From positions 96,001 to 160,000 of the forward strand of contig CBDBZY010000036.1 of NCBI GenBank assembly GCA_965213685.1: 64,000 bases of DNA, given 5' to 3'. Positions 41,539 to 51,119 of this stretch are shown in pieces; positions within the stretch are counted from its first letter, which is position 1; each line of letters opens with the position of its first letter. Origin of the DNA: a bacterium (GTDB lineage: Bacteria; UBA8248). Made by a program: the position numbers and the translations under genes. The notes beneath the pieces were generated by a model that was not told where the DNA came from, did no database searches, and was given only the letters and a program-made list of their open reading frames with translations.

Positions 41539-42429
41539 TCACAAGCGGGTCCGGGAAATCTTGTCGTAATCACGATACAATAACGCGAAATCTTTTTCGA
41601 GCATCCCGCAGTGGACGGCTTTGTCGAGAAACGCGAGCGTGGCTGCGCCGTGCGCAGTCTCCACCTTGTGCCGCTTGCCCATCTCGACGGCCATGCCTAC
41701 GTCTTTTCGCAAATTATAGACCCGCGACTTCGCGTCCCACGTCCCGGACAAGATGTGGTTCGGGAAGCGGAACTCGCTCGCGTAGCTCCGCGCGTTGGAC
41801 ACGTTGAACGCGCGGATCATGTCCTCGAGCCTGATTCCCGCCTTCTCCGCGAGCCTTCCCCCCTCGCAGGTGGCCATGAAGATGGAGTGGCAAACCATGT
41901 TGTGAATCAGCTTCAGGGTGTGGCCCGCCCCGCTCTCCCCCAAGTGGAAGAGGTTGTCCGCTATCGGCCGCAAAAATCGCTCCGTCCTGCGAAACGCCCG
42001 CTCATCTCCGCCTATCATCAGCGTCAGCGTCCCCGCCGCCGCCCCCGCCGCACCGCCGCTCATGCCGGCGTCGAGATACGCCACCCCCTTCGCCTTCGCG
42101 CGCCTCGCGATCTTCCGGGTCGCCTCGGGGTCGGAACTCGTCAAATCGTAAATCACGAGATCCTTCCGCGCGTTCGCCAAGACGCCCGCGCCTCCCCCCA
42201 GGGATTCTTCGATTTCCGGCGAGCCTGGAACCACGAAAAAGATGACGCTCGCCCGCCCCGCCATCTCGCCCGGCTCAAGCACCTCCACCCCTCCCTTTCC
42301 CTCCCAGGGCCGCCTCTGCCCCGGTGCGACGTCCCAGACCATCAAGGGCGTCTTCGCTTCATGGAAATTGGCGGCGACGCCGCACCCCATGTTCCCCAGG
42401 CCCACCACGCCGACACTCTCTTGCGTCAT
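41539..42429 (-). CDS. NAD(P)-dependent beta-hydroxyacid dehydrogenase family protein
   Basis: VGLGNMG, DLTSS, DAGMSGG, KLIHN, KDV. Confidence 0.9.
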   Translation of the reverse strand: MTQESVGVVGLGNMGCGVAANFHEAKTPLMVWDVAPGQRRPWEGKGGVEVLEPGEMAGRASVIFFVVPGSPEIEESLGGGAGVLANARKDLVIYDLTSSDPEATRKIARRAKAKGVAYLDAGMSGGAAGAAAGTLTLMIGGDERAFRRTERFLRPIADNLFHLGESGAGHTLKLIHNMVCHSIFMATCEGGRLAEKAGIRLEDMIRAFNVSNARSYASEFRFPNHILSGTWDAKSRVYNLRKDVGMAVEMGKRHKVETAHGAATLAFLDKAVHCGMLEKDFALLYRDYDKISRTRL

Positions 42430-42475
42430 CGCGCATCCCTCTCCTTCCCGCACCCATTCGCCGTCCGCTCCCCCT

Positions 42476-44203
42476 TCAACGCGCGAACGGGGAGGCCTTC
42501 AGCGGGTCTTTCCCGAACAATATCTCGCCCCTCTCCCCGCGCGCGAGGCGGGTTACGAAATTGCAATCCTTCTCGTTCGTCTCGGGATAGTCCAGTCGGA
42601 AATGCGCACCCCGGCTCTCCCGCCTGTTGAGGGCGGCGGTGGCGAGCAGTTTTCCCAGCAGCGCCAGGTTCCTGACGGACAGCGCGCTCTCCAGCTCCTG
42701 GCCCCGCGCTTTCGCAGACGCGCGCGCCCCCCCGTCGAGGCGCATGCGGGGAATCTCCTCCCTTTCCATGCGCCCGAATTCATCCAGTGCGCGCCGGCAA
42801 CCGCCGGCGTCGCGTATGGGACCCAGCTTCTCGTGGGCGAGCATCCGGCAGCGCATCCGCACGTCCTTTTGCAGCGGCCCGTCCTCCCGGGACATGAGCC
42901 CCTCCAGCCAGGCGCGCTCTGGCGCCGGAATGCCGAGTGCGGGAACGTCCGCGCCCCGTTCACCCTCTTTCACCCGCGCGGAGGCCGCCCGCCCCGCCCG
43001 CCTTCCATAGACCAGGGAGGCGGAAAGCGCGGAGCCGCCGATTCGATTTCCGCCGTGAATCCCGCCCCCCGTCTCGCCTGCCGCCCAAAGGCCCGCCACG
43101 CCCGTTCGGCCGTCGGCGTCGATCTCCAGACCCCCGAGCCAGGTGTGGCTGCCCGGAGCCACCTCCAGGGGGGTTTGGGTGATGTCGATGCCGCGCGCGA
43201 GGCACGTCTTGTACACATGGGGAATCTGCTTCTGGATCGTCTCCACGGGAACCCGCGTGGCGTCCATGTAGATGCCGCCGGTGAGGCCCGCGCGGCCCGC
43301 GTGAATCTCCTTCGCCATGGCGAGGATGACCTCGCTGCGCGTGCTCTTCTCCGCCGTGTCGGGAAAATAGCGTTTCAGGAACGCCTCTCCCTCCCGGTTC
43401 AGGAATACGGCGCCCGCGTTGATGAACCCTGTCGGATGGGGGGCAAAGCCGAAGAGCGCCTCCGGGGCGCAGCACATCGCCTGAAAGTCTATCATCTCGA
43501 TGCCCACGAGAGGGGCGCCCGCCCGAAAGCCCAGAACGTAGCCATCGCCCGTCACCTGGGGCGGATTGTCATTCACGTAGAACAGGCCGCTTCCGCCCCC
43601 CGTGGCCAGAATGACTTCGCGCGCGCCGTAGACCACGAGGCAGCCGCGCGAGTAATTCACCCCCCAGGCGCCGACGACGCGGCCGGCGCGCGTGATGAGG
43701 TCCACGATGGCCGTATGGGGATGCTGTCCGATGCGCGCATCGGCCCGGAGCCTCCTGGAGAGCGCCTTGGTGACCATGTTGCCCGTGGTGTCGTGATGGT
43801 GCAGGGCGCGGGGATAGGTATGGCTCGGGAAGGTTTTCAGGTCCAGCTCGCCCTTCGCGTCCGTGATGAACTCCGCCCCCCACGCGCGCAGGTCGCGCAC
43901 GACCTCGATGATGTCGTGCACCCAGACCCCGGCCAGCGCCGGGTCGATGAGTTCGCCGCCATACCGGAGGACTTCCCGCAGGTGCAGCTCCGGGCTGTCG
44001 CCCGGGGCCATCGCGGCGGCAAAACCGCCGCGCGCCACCGTCGTCGTCCCGCTCGTGGCGCGCCCCTTCGTCGCCTGGATGACGCGCACGCCCGCCTGCG
44101 CGCACTCGAAGGCGGCCATCGTGCCCGCCGCACCCCCGCCCACGATCAGCACATCCGCCTCGTGCCGCTCCTCCGGAACCGAAATGTTTCCCGCCATCCG
44201 CAT
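42476..44203 (-). CDS. FAD-dependent oxidoreductase, SdhA/FrdA/NadB superfamily
   Basis: GGGAAG, LATGG, TGDG, HGGNRIGGSAL, RRESRGAHFRLDYP; start 44203 or 44197. Confidence 0.9.
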   Translation of the reverse strand: MRMAGNISVPEERHEADVLIVGGGAAGTMAAFECAQAGVRVIQATKGRATSGTTTVARGGFAAAMAPGDSPELHLREVLRYGGELIDPALAGVWVHDIIEVVRDLRAWGAEFITDAKGELDLKTFPSHTYPRALHHHDTTGNMVTKALSRRLRADARIGQHPHTAIVDLITRAGRVVGAWGVNYSRGCLVVYGAREVILATGGGSGLFYVNDNPPQVTGDGYVLGFRAGAPLVGIEMIDFQAMCCAPEALFGFAPHPTGFINAGAVFLNREGEAFLKRYFPDTAEKSTRSEVILAMAKEIHAGRAGLTGGIYMDATRVPVETIQKQIPHVYKTCLARGIDITQTPLEVAPGSHTWLGGLEIDADGRTGVAGLWAAGETGGGIHGGNRIGGSALSASLVYGRRAGRAASARVKEGERGADVPALGIPAPERAWLEGLMSREDGPLQKDVRMRCRMLAHEKLGPIRDAGGCRRALDEFGRMEREEIPRMRLDGGARASAKARGQELESALSVRNLALLGKLLATAALNRRESRGAHFRLDYPETNEKDCNFVTRLARGERGEILFGKDPLKASPFAR

Positions 44204-44469
44204 CGTCCTTCCGCACGACCCATGAGCTGAAGAGAACGTCCAAAGCGTTCGGCCCATCTTAGAACATTCTGGCGGAAAAAACCGCTCGAGCGAAGAAGAG
44301 GTGGGAGAGCACGCGCCGGCACCCTCTCCATTTGCCGCCATTATGTCCCCGCCGCGCACTCGCGGAGAGCGGCGGAGGCCGAGCCGAAAGGGGGTTTTTC
44401 AGGCTTTCGGGGATTGCGGGGGAGGGGGTTCGGACGCATCCGGGCATGACGGCCGCGCACACGCCGCGC

Positions 44470-45729
44470 TCACCCTTCCGCCCGCCCCCGCCCGTCGAGC
44501 ATCTCGATCATCTTCTCCGCGCAGGCGTCGGCGAAGGCGTCGTCGTTGATGTGGAGGTCGAGGGCGATGACCTCGCCCGTTCTCAGGTTCTCGCGCAGGG
44601 AGTGCGCAAAAACGGCGTCCGCCTCCGGCTGGTGCCAGTCGCCCGCCTCGTGGCCATCCAGATCGTGGGTTTTCCGCTTCGTGTGCTCGCTATAGCCCCT
44701 GGTGGGGATAAACACGGAAAGGGGGCCTTTCGCGCGGTTGAGCTTCTTCGCCATGAGCGCGCCCAGGGCCTCGAACTCCTCCCCGCTCGTGCGCATCAGG
44801 AGGTTCTGGGCGTTGTACTGAAAAAACGCTCTCCCCCGGTATTTCCCGGGCACCTGCCCCACCCAGAAATTGGCGTGGTCGAGCGCGCCCGGCGCCAACA
44901 CCTGGGGGATGCCCGCAGCCCCCGCGGCCTCCAGCCTGCGCGCGCCCGCGCTGTATACGCCGTCCACGAGCAAATCCATGAGCTCATGCGTGGTCACGTC
45001 CACCACGCCGGCCAGCTCGCCCAGGCCGGCCAGGGACTCCAGGGCGCGGCCGCCGGGGCCGGAGGCGTGAAAGAAGATGACCTCATAGCCCGCCTCCCGC
45101 AGCCTTTTCTCCACGCGGTCGACGCACCCCGCCGTCCCGCCGAAAGAAGAGACTCCGACGAGGGGCGGGGCGGGACGGTCGCCGCCTCGCCTCACCCCCT
45201 CGCGCTTCGCCATTCCCGCGAGGGCGAGGGCCGCGTTTCGCAGAACCCCCCGGGTGATGCGGTTGAGGGAGAAATCGCCGATGGCGGGGAACATCGCGAT
45301 GTCGCTTTCCGCCACATACCACTGCACGGCCGCCGTGGCGGCGACGACGCTCACCATCACCTTGGGCGCGAGGGGCGGCAGCGCGCGCATGATTCCGCAG
45401 GCCATCGAGGTGCCGTTCGCACCGCCCAGGCCAACCGCGCCGCAGATCTCCCCGGCCTGAAATTTTCGGGAGAGAATCCGCCTCCCGCCCTCCACCATCA
45501 CGTCCGAGGCGGCGCCCCTCTCCATGCCCGCCAGGTCACTCCAAGCCGCGCCCGCTTCCGCCGCGACATCCCCGCCCCTGACCTCCGCCCCCGGAACCTC
45601 GTGCGGCCTGCAAGACAAATCGACGACAAGGGGCTGGACGCCGCAGCCCGCGAGCGTCTCCGCCAAAAAGCGCGCCTCCGCGCCCTTGCTGTCCATCGTC
45701 GCCAATACCGCCACCGCCGGAAGCGTCAT
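44470..45729 (-). CDS. Tm-1-like ATP-binding domain protein (UPF0261)
   Basis: ATMDSKGAE, GLGGANGT, LAPKVMVS, FHASGPGG, DVTTHE, PGALD, HINDDAFA. Confidence 0.88.
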   Translation of the reverse strand: MTLPAVAVLATMDSKGAEARFLAETLAGCGVQPLVVDLSCRPHEVPGAEVRGGDVAAEAGAAWSDLAGMERGAASDVMVEGGRRILSRKFQAGEICGAVGLGGANGTSMACGIMRALPPLAPKVMVSVVAATAAVQWYVAESDIAMFPAIGDFSLNRITRGVLRNAALALAGMAKREGVRRGGDRPAPPLVGVSSFGGTAGCVDRVEKRLREAGYEVIFFHASGPGGRALESLAGLGELAGVVDVTTHELMDLLVDGVYSAGARRLEAAGAAGIPQVLAPGALDHANFWVGQVPGKYRGRAFFQYNAQNLLMRTSGEEFEALGALMAKKLNRAKGPLSVFIPTRGYSEHTKRKTHDLDGHEAGDWHQPEADAVFAHSLRENLRTGEVIALDLHINDDAFADACAEKMIEMLDGRGRAEG

Positions 45730-45796
45730 GCGCCACCTTCATCGAAAGGTCATTTGTCGTCCATATGTTGAAAGCGGGCGCCTGAGCTTCCGCATC

Positions 45797-46633
45797 TTAT
45801 TTTCTCAACCGCACCGCCTTGAACCCTCTCGCCGCCTTCGGCACCGCATCCTCCACGGGAAAGCGCTCGGCGGATGAACCGCCCACATACCCATCGAAGC
45901 GGCCCTCCATGTCGAGCAGGCGTTCAAAATCGCCCGGCGTTTCGATGGCACCCCCGTGGCAGGTGAAGATTCTGTCGGCGTATTTCGGCAGGAGAGCGTC
46001 AAAAATGGCCGTCGCCCTCCGGGCGGCCTCATCGAGCGGCATGACCGTCTGCGAGCCGATGGAGCCGCCGGAGCTGTTCCCGAAATGAATGATGATGTTC
46101 CCGACGCCCCCCTCCGCCATGGCGAAGGCCTCCTCCGGCGAGGTGACAAAGGCTTTCGTGAACATGCCCTCGCGGCTCGCGTATGCCAGAACGTCGACCT
46201 CCCTCGAGAATCCCATGCCCGTTTCTTCCAGGTCCTTGCGGAAATTTCCGTCGATCAAGGCGACTGTGGGGCAGTTCATCACGCCATCGAAACCGGCGCT
46301 CCGGATTTTGTCCACGAAGGCGAACATGTTTCGCGTCGGGTCGGTCGCCAACACGCCCGCGATGACGGGACACCCCTCCACCACCTGCAGGATGGCGCGC
46401 TCCCCCAACTCCAGCGTGATGGCGTTGGCGTCTCCAATCGGAAGATACCCCGCCATCGAGCTCAGCCCCTGCATCCTGTAGTAGGCCAGATTGAAGGTGG
46501 TGATGAGGTCCGCCCCGCCGCGCGCGGCGAATTTCGCCGTAATCCCGCTTCCGCAAAGAGCGTCATATATGCTGCGCCCCGCGTCCCTTTCCGCCCGCAG
46601 ACGGGCGAGGATCTCACTTCCGGAAAGGTTCAT
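45797..46633 (-). CDS. Phosphoenolpyruvate hydrolase-family TIM-barrel protein
   Basis: GSGITAK, GGADLI, SMAGYLPIGDAN, PTVALIDGNFRKDLEETGMG, CHGG, GGSSAERFP; usual partner of Tm-1-like proteins. Confidence 0.88.
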   Translation of the reverse strand: MNLSGSEILARLRAERDAGRSIYDALCGSGITAKFAARGGADLITTFNLAYYRMQGLSSMAGYLPIGDANAITLELGERAILQVVEGCPVIAGVLATDPTRNMFAFVDKIRSAGFDGVMNCPTVALIDGNFRKDLEETGMGFSREVDVLAYASREGMFTKAFVTSPEEAFAMAEGGVGNIIIHFGNSSGGSIGSQTVMPLDEAARRATAIFDALLPKYADRIFTCHGGAIETPGDFERLLDMEGRFDGYVGGSSAERFPVEDAVPKAARGFKAVRLRK

Positions 46634-46855
46634 AAATCAATTATCCTCATATATATCAACATGTTATTCCCCGTGATCAAGAAATAACTCTTCATGTGTT
46701 GTCGCAACATGTCCCGGCGAAAACCCCTCCTCGGCCCGCGCCATTTTACGACTTGATGCCGCACCCGCCTTTGTGTGAAAATGGAGGGGCAGTTGCGCGG
46801 CAGACGTGGCAGACGTATAGCCTTCAAAATCATATCGTTTCAGCGATAAGCTCCA

Positions 46856-46913
46856 GTGGTCCCGCCCGCCCGAGCCGCTCCGCTTCTTCGGGAGTGGAGC
46901 GGCGCGGGGCCAC
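46856..46913 (+). other. Long stem-loop with cUUCGg tetraloop (candidate structured RNA)
   Basis: 13-bp inner stem (46874-46903) plus 10-bp outer stem; G-U pairs favour the + strand. Confidence 0.45.
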
Positions 46914-46966
46914 GCGCTGCATGATGCGCGGCGGCAGGGAAATTCATTCTCCGGCGAGTCTGCGCA

Positions 46967-49096
46967 TTACGTCCTGTCCGCCAGAAACGCTTCGACGGCG
47001 AATATCCCGCCGAGCAGGATGAACAGGAGCGCTCCTAAGTCCATTCGTCCGAGAATCGAGCGCAGGGGGTCCGCATCGCTGGCCGGCAGATCGCGAACGT
47101 CGACCCTCTGATTCAGTTTCGCGCTCAGGTCGTCCATCTCCATCGGGGAGAGGTTCGCCTCCGAGGCGGGCGTGTTAACGCCCACCAGATGCCTTTCGTC
47201 GGGCGTCAGGACACGATAAAAACCGGCGCGATGCGTATCCCGATAATAGGCGACGGCGCCCCCGGCCTTGCCCAGGCGCAGCCCCTCCAGGGGCGCGGCT
47301 TCCGGGCTCCTCTCCACGAACTGAAGCGCCCGCTCCGCATCGTCCGGCCCGCGTATCTGCATCGCCTCCCCGACCCGTCTGAGGGGGGCGCGAATTTCAA
47401 ACGGCTCGCCCGCATTCGCGGATGCGGCCGCACCCTTTCTCGTTCTCACGCCGCCCAGGAAATCGGAAACTCCCCTCACGAAAGGAACAAAAACAGGCCG
47501 CACGGCCAGGTCGTTCCAGTCGCGGTCGCAGGTGGATCCCCACATCACCACCCGGCCCGCACCCACGGCGCCGGCCACCAGAACCGGGGTTCCGTCGGGA
47601 AGCTCCAGGAGGACGCGCCCGCCCCGCGCCGGCTCGAGCGGCGTGATGCGCGCCAGGCGCAGGGTGGAGAAGAATCGCCCGCCGTTCGCCCCCAGGAGTG
47701 AAAAAGCCGGGTGCGCCTCCGCCCCCTGGGCGACCTTCAGGCTTCGAGCGGGGCGAAGCGTCGCGGGACTCCCCGGCGTGGCCGGAAGCCAGTCGAGAGC
47801 GGACGTCCCCTCCCCCGACAACTCGCCCGCCGCCCAGAGGAGGCCGCCTCCTTTTTCGACGAAATCCCGCAGCCCGCGCCTCCCTTTCTCGGGCCATCGG
47901 CCCACGTTGCACGCGACGACGTAGTCATACGCATCCCAGCGCACGTTGTTCAGCTCATAGGACGCCACGACGCGCACCAGCACCGGGGATTCTCCCCCCA
48001 GGGGCACGGCGCCCAGGGCGTTGACGATGAAGAAGGTCTCGCTGTCCTGGAGGCCGCGCTTCGGGTCCCCGTCAATGATCAGGGCGCGCAGCCGCTTGCC
48101 GATGCTGGCCGCAAAATAGAACCGGTTGGTTTTTTGGAGATTATCCGGCGGCAGTTCGACGCGGCCGTAAAGCGCGCCTTTTTGAGGCGCGTTCACCCGA
48201 AAGCTCACGGGGTTCGACCGGTTCGCCTCGACGTCGACTTCCACCGTTTCCCGGAGTCGCCCCCCCACATACAAGCGCACCGGAACGTTCCGCTTCTTCT
48301 CGTCTCCGCGATGGAACACGCGCGCGCCGATGGTGAAGGAAGAGCCCGCCTTGGGCGGCCAGGGCTTCATCTTCACGTCCTGGAAACTCAAATCCGCCAC
48401 CCCGACTTCCGGTGCCACGCGCACGAATTGCAGATGAACGTGCGGGTTGCGCCGCTTGAGATTGCGAACCTGAAACGACTCCCAGTCGCCGCGGGCGAAG
48501 TCGCTGAAAACGATGATATTCTTTCCCCCCGCGCTGGACGACGCACTCTCGAGTGCGCGCCGCATGACGCGGGTCGGCGTCCCTCCTCCGTCGGTTTGCC
48601 GGATCCCCTCCAGTGCCGCGCGCGCCTCCTCGCGGCCCAGCTCCCGGAGCGGGCCAGAGGCCGATTCCCCGGCGGTCGCCAGGATGCTCATCCGGTCGGA
48701 ATGCGACATGTCCGCGATCATCCGCCTCACGGCGCGCTTCGCCACCTCGAAACGGCTGCCCCGGGGCGTGGAAAACGCCATGCTCGCCGAATTGTCCACC
48801 ACGGCGACGACGCGGGCGGGGAGCCATCCGTTGCCCGAGACGCCGCCCTCCGTCGCGAGCAGGGGGCGCGAGGCCAGGAAGATGGCGACCCCGACGGCGC
48901 ACACGCGAAGCAACAGGAGTATCCAGTTTCTCAGCCTGCTTCGGTTCGTGATGCGGCGCTGCGTTCTGAGCAGGAAATCGAAGGTGGGGAGCCGATGCCT
49001 GCGGACGAGGCGCCTCCGAAGCAGGTGGATCAGGATGGGGAGAAAGACGAGTCCCATCCCCCAAAGAAGTGCGCCGTGCAAGAACTGAAAAGCCAA
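46967..49096 (-). CDS. BatA-domain / vWA / GATase-like membrane protein
   Basis: N-terminal LPILIHLLRR...LLLLR (BatA), DNSASM...T...SD MIDAS, C-terminal TM. Confidence 0.85.
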   Translation of the reverse strand: MAFQFLHGALLWGMGLVFLPILIHLLRRRLVRRHRLPTFDFLLRTQRRITNRSRLRNWILLLLRVCAVGVAIFLASRPLLATEGGVSGNGWLPARVVAVVDNSASMAFSTPRGSRFEVAKRAVRRMIADMSHSDRMSILATAGESASGPLRELGREEARAALEGIRQTDGGGTPTRVMRRALESASSSAGGKNIIVFSDFARGDWESFQVRNLKRRNPHVHLQFVRVAPEVGVADLSFQDVKMKPWPPKAGSSFTIGARVFHRGDEKKRNVPVRLYVGGRLRETVEVDVEANRSNPVSFRVNAPQKGALYGRVELPPDNLQKTNRFYFAASIGKRLRALIIDGDPKRGLQDSETFFIVNALGAVPLGGESPVLVRVVASYELNNVRWDAYDYVVACNVGRWPEKGRRGLRDFVEKGGGLLWAAGELSGEGTSALDWLPATPGSPATLRPARSLKVAQGAEAHPAFSLLGANGGRFFSTLRLARITPLEPARGGRVLLELPDGTPVLVAGAVGAGRVVMWGSTCDRDWNDLAVRPVFVPFVRGVSDFLGGVRTRKGAAASANAGEPFEIRAPLRRVGEAMQIRGPDDAERALQFVERSPEAAPLEGLRLGKAGGAVAYYRDTHRAGFYRVLTPDERHLVGVNTPASEANLSPMEMDDLSAKLNQRVDVRDLPASDADPLRSILGRMDLGALLFILLGGIFAVEAFLADRT

Positions 49097-49123
49097 TTCG
49101 CCCTCTCCTACAACGCTGCGTCG

Positions 49124-50017
49124 CTACACCCGCGCCCTGCTGCGCCACGCCAGGAAGCGGACCAGACCCCTGTCCAGCGGCTCGGTCGTCGAGAGCAGAT
49201 GATAATCCACCCCCAAATCCGCGCACCGCTCGCGCGTTTGCTCCAGAAATTCTCCCAGGAGGCGGAGGTACGGATTTTTGACCACCTCGCACTCCACCGT
49301 GATATTCCGCTCCGTCTCGACGTCCTCCATTCGGGCAAGCCCCTCAAAGGGGAAATCCAGCTCCGCGCTGTCGAGAACGTGAAAGACGATGACGTCGCTC
49401 CCCTTCAGGCACAGCAGCTTGAGCGCCTTTTCCACCCCTTCCGGATCGTCGAGCAAATCGGAGACGATGATGACAAGTCCCCGCCGCTTGAGGCGCTCCG
49501 CCAGGGACAGCAGCGAACGGGCGATTCCCGTTCCCCCCGCGGGTTTGGCCGCCTGCAGGCCGGCGAGCAGGGCGAGCAGATGCCTCCGCACGGACCTGGG
49601 CGGAACCTGCGCGTCCTCTCCCTCCCGGGAGATCACCAGACCCACCGAATCCGACTGGCCCAGCAGCAGGTGCGCGATCGCCGAGGCGAGGGTGGCCGCG
49701 TAGCCCCACTTGGTCAGGGGTCCATCCCCGAAATCCATCGAGGCGCTGGCGTCGATGACGAGATGGGCGCGCAGGTTCGTCTCGTCTTCATATTGCTTCA
49801 CGAGGTAGCGGTCGAACTTCCCGTACGCTTTCCAGTCGACGTGGCGGAGCTCATCGCCCGGGGAATACGCCCTGTGCTCCTCGAAATCGACGCTGAAGCC
49901 GCGCGAACGGCTCCTGTGGACGCCGCTCATCAGACCCTCGACCACATGGCGGGCGCGCAGCTGGAGGTTGGCCAACCGCGAGATGAGAACAGGGTCGAAA
50001 TACTGATCCGAACTCAA
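49124..50017 (-). CDS. DUF58 domain protein
   Basis: GVHRS...GFSVDFEEHRAYSPGDELRHVDWK, DASASM, VSDL. Confidence 0.93.
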   Translation of the reverse strand: MSSDQYFDPVLISRLANLQLRARHVVEGLMSGVHRSRSRGFSVDFEEHRAYSPGDELRHVDWKAYGKFDRYLVKQYEDETNLRAHLVIDASASMDFGDGPLTKWGYAATLASAIAHLLLGQSDSVGLVISREGEDAQVPPRSVRRHLLALLAGLQAAKPAGGTGIARSLLSLAERLKRRGLVIIVSDLLDDPEGVEKALKLLCLKGSDVIVFHVLDSAELDFPFEGLARMEDVETERNITVECEVVKNPYLRLLGEFLEQTRERCADLGVDYHLLSTTEPLDRGLVRFLAWRSRARV

Positions 50018-50042
50018 GCCAACCTCCTCTGGCGACCGGCGT

Positions 50043-51095
50043 CTACGCGGCCTCGGTGGCCTCCGCCGGGGGCGGGACGGCCTCGAGCAGCCGCTGTATC
50101 AAGGACACGGAATCATGCCCTTCGGCCTGTCCCCGGAAGTTCACCAGAATCCGGTGCCGCAGCACGGGCTCGGCGAGCGCCTTCACGTCCTCGATGGTTG
50201 CGGCGTAGCGGCCCCGCAGCAGCGCCCGCGCCCGCGCTCCCAGAATCAGATACTGGCTGGCCCTCGGCCCGGCGCCCCATTCCACGTAATGGCGAACGAA
50301 ATCCGGCGCGCTCTCATCACTCGGCCGCGACGCGCGCGCGAGGGAAACCGCGTATTCCACCACATAGGGGGCCGCCGGCACGCGGCGCACCAGCTCCTGG
50401 AAGGATAGAATCTGCTCGTTGTCCATGATCTTTTCCAGCCGGGGGTCATAGTTCGACGTCGTCTGCGCGACTATCTCCTTCTCCTCCGCCAGGCTGGGGT
50501 AGGACACCCCTATCTCGAACATGAACCTGTCCAGCTGCGCTTCCGGCAGCGGATACGTTCCCTCTTGCTCCACGGGATTTTGGGTCGCGAGAACAAAGAA
50601 CGGCGGATTCAGGAAGTGGGCCTGCCCGCCGGCCGTCACGTGCAGCTCCTGCATGGCCTGGAGAAGCGCCGCCTGCGTTTTCGGGGAGGTGCGGTTAATC
50701 TCGTCGGCCAGAAGTATCTGGGTGAAGATGGGGCCCCGAATGAAGCGGAAAGATCGCCTCCCCTCCGTGGTATCGTCCAGAATGTCCGTGCCCGTAATGT
50801 CCGACGGCATCAGGTCGGGCGTGAACTGGATGCGGTTGAAATCCAGCTGTAGCACCTGGGCCAGGGTGCGTATCAGCAAGGTCTTGGCCAAGCCCGGCAC
50901 GCCGACCAGGAGGCAGTGGCCCTTCGAGAGCAAGGCTATCAAAACCAAATCGATGACCGACGACTGGCCGACGATGATCTTCCGGACCTGCTCGAGGATG
51001 GCGTCGCGCTTGACGCCAATCTCGCGCGCCTCCTCCACGTCCATCTCGCTCATCCGCGCCTGTTGACCGCCTGCGTCCGGTATGGCCTCGTTCAT
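50043..51095 (-). CDS. moxR: MoxR family AAA+ ATPase
   Basis: GVPGLAKT, RIQFTPDLMPSDITG, LADEINR, ATQNPVEQEGTYPLPEAQLDRF. Confidence 0.96.
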   Translation of the reverse strand: MNEAIPDAGGQQARMSEMDVEEAREIGVKRDAILEQVRKIIVGQSSVIDLVLIALLSKGHCLLVGVPGLAKTLLIRTLAQVLQLDFNRIQFTPDLMPSDITGTDILDDTTEGRRSFRFIRGPIFTQILLADEINRTSPKTQAALLQAMQELHVTAGGQAHFLNPPFFVLATQNPVEQEGTYPLPEAQLDRFMFEIGVSYPSLAEEKEIVAQTTSNYDPRLEKIMDNEQILSFQELVRRVPAAPYVVEYAVSLARASRPSDESAPDFVRHYVEWGAGPRASQYLILGARARALLRGRYAATIEDVKALAEPVLRHRILVNFRGQAEGHDSVSLIQRLLEAVPPPAEATEAA

Positions 51096-51119
51096 TCCGT
51101 ATCGCCCCTCGATGGAATA

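Noticed and set aside
37230-41807. 1525-aa + strand ORF and other long R/G/A/P-rich ORFs (e.g. 33799-36453, 47711-50428, 56856-59720)
   Set aside because: They overlap well-supported minus-strand genes, have no motifs, and their composition is typical of GC shadow frames.
42476-44203. sdhA or nadB gene symbol
   Set aside because: Key His motifs are altered and partner genes are absent.
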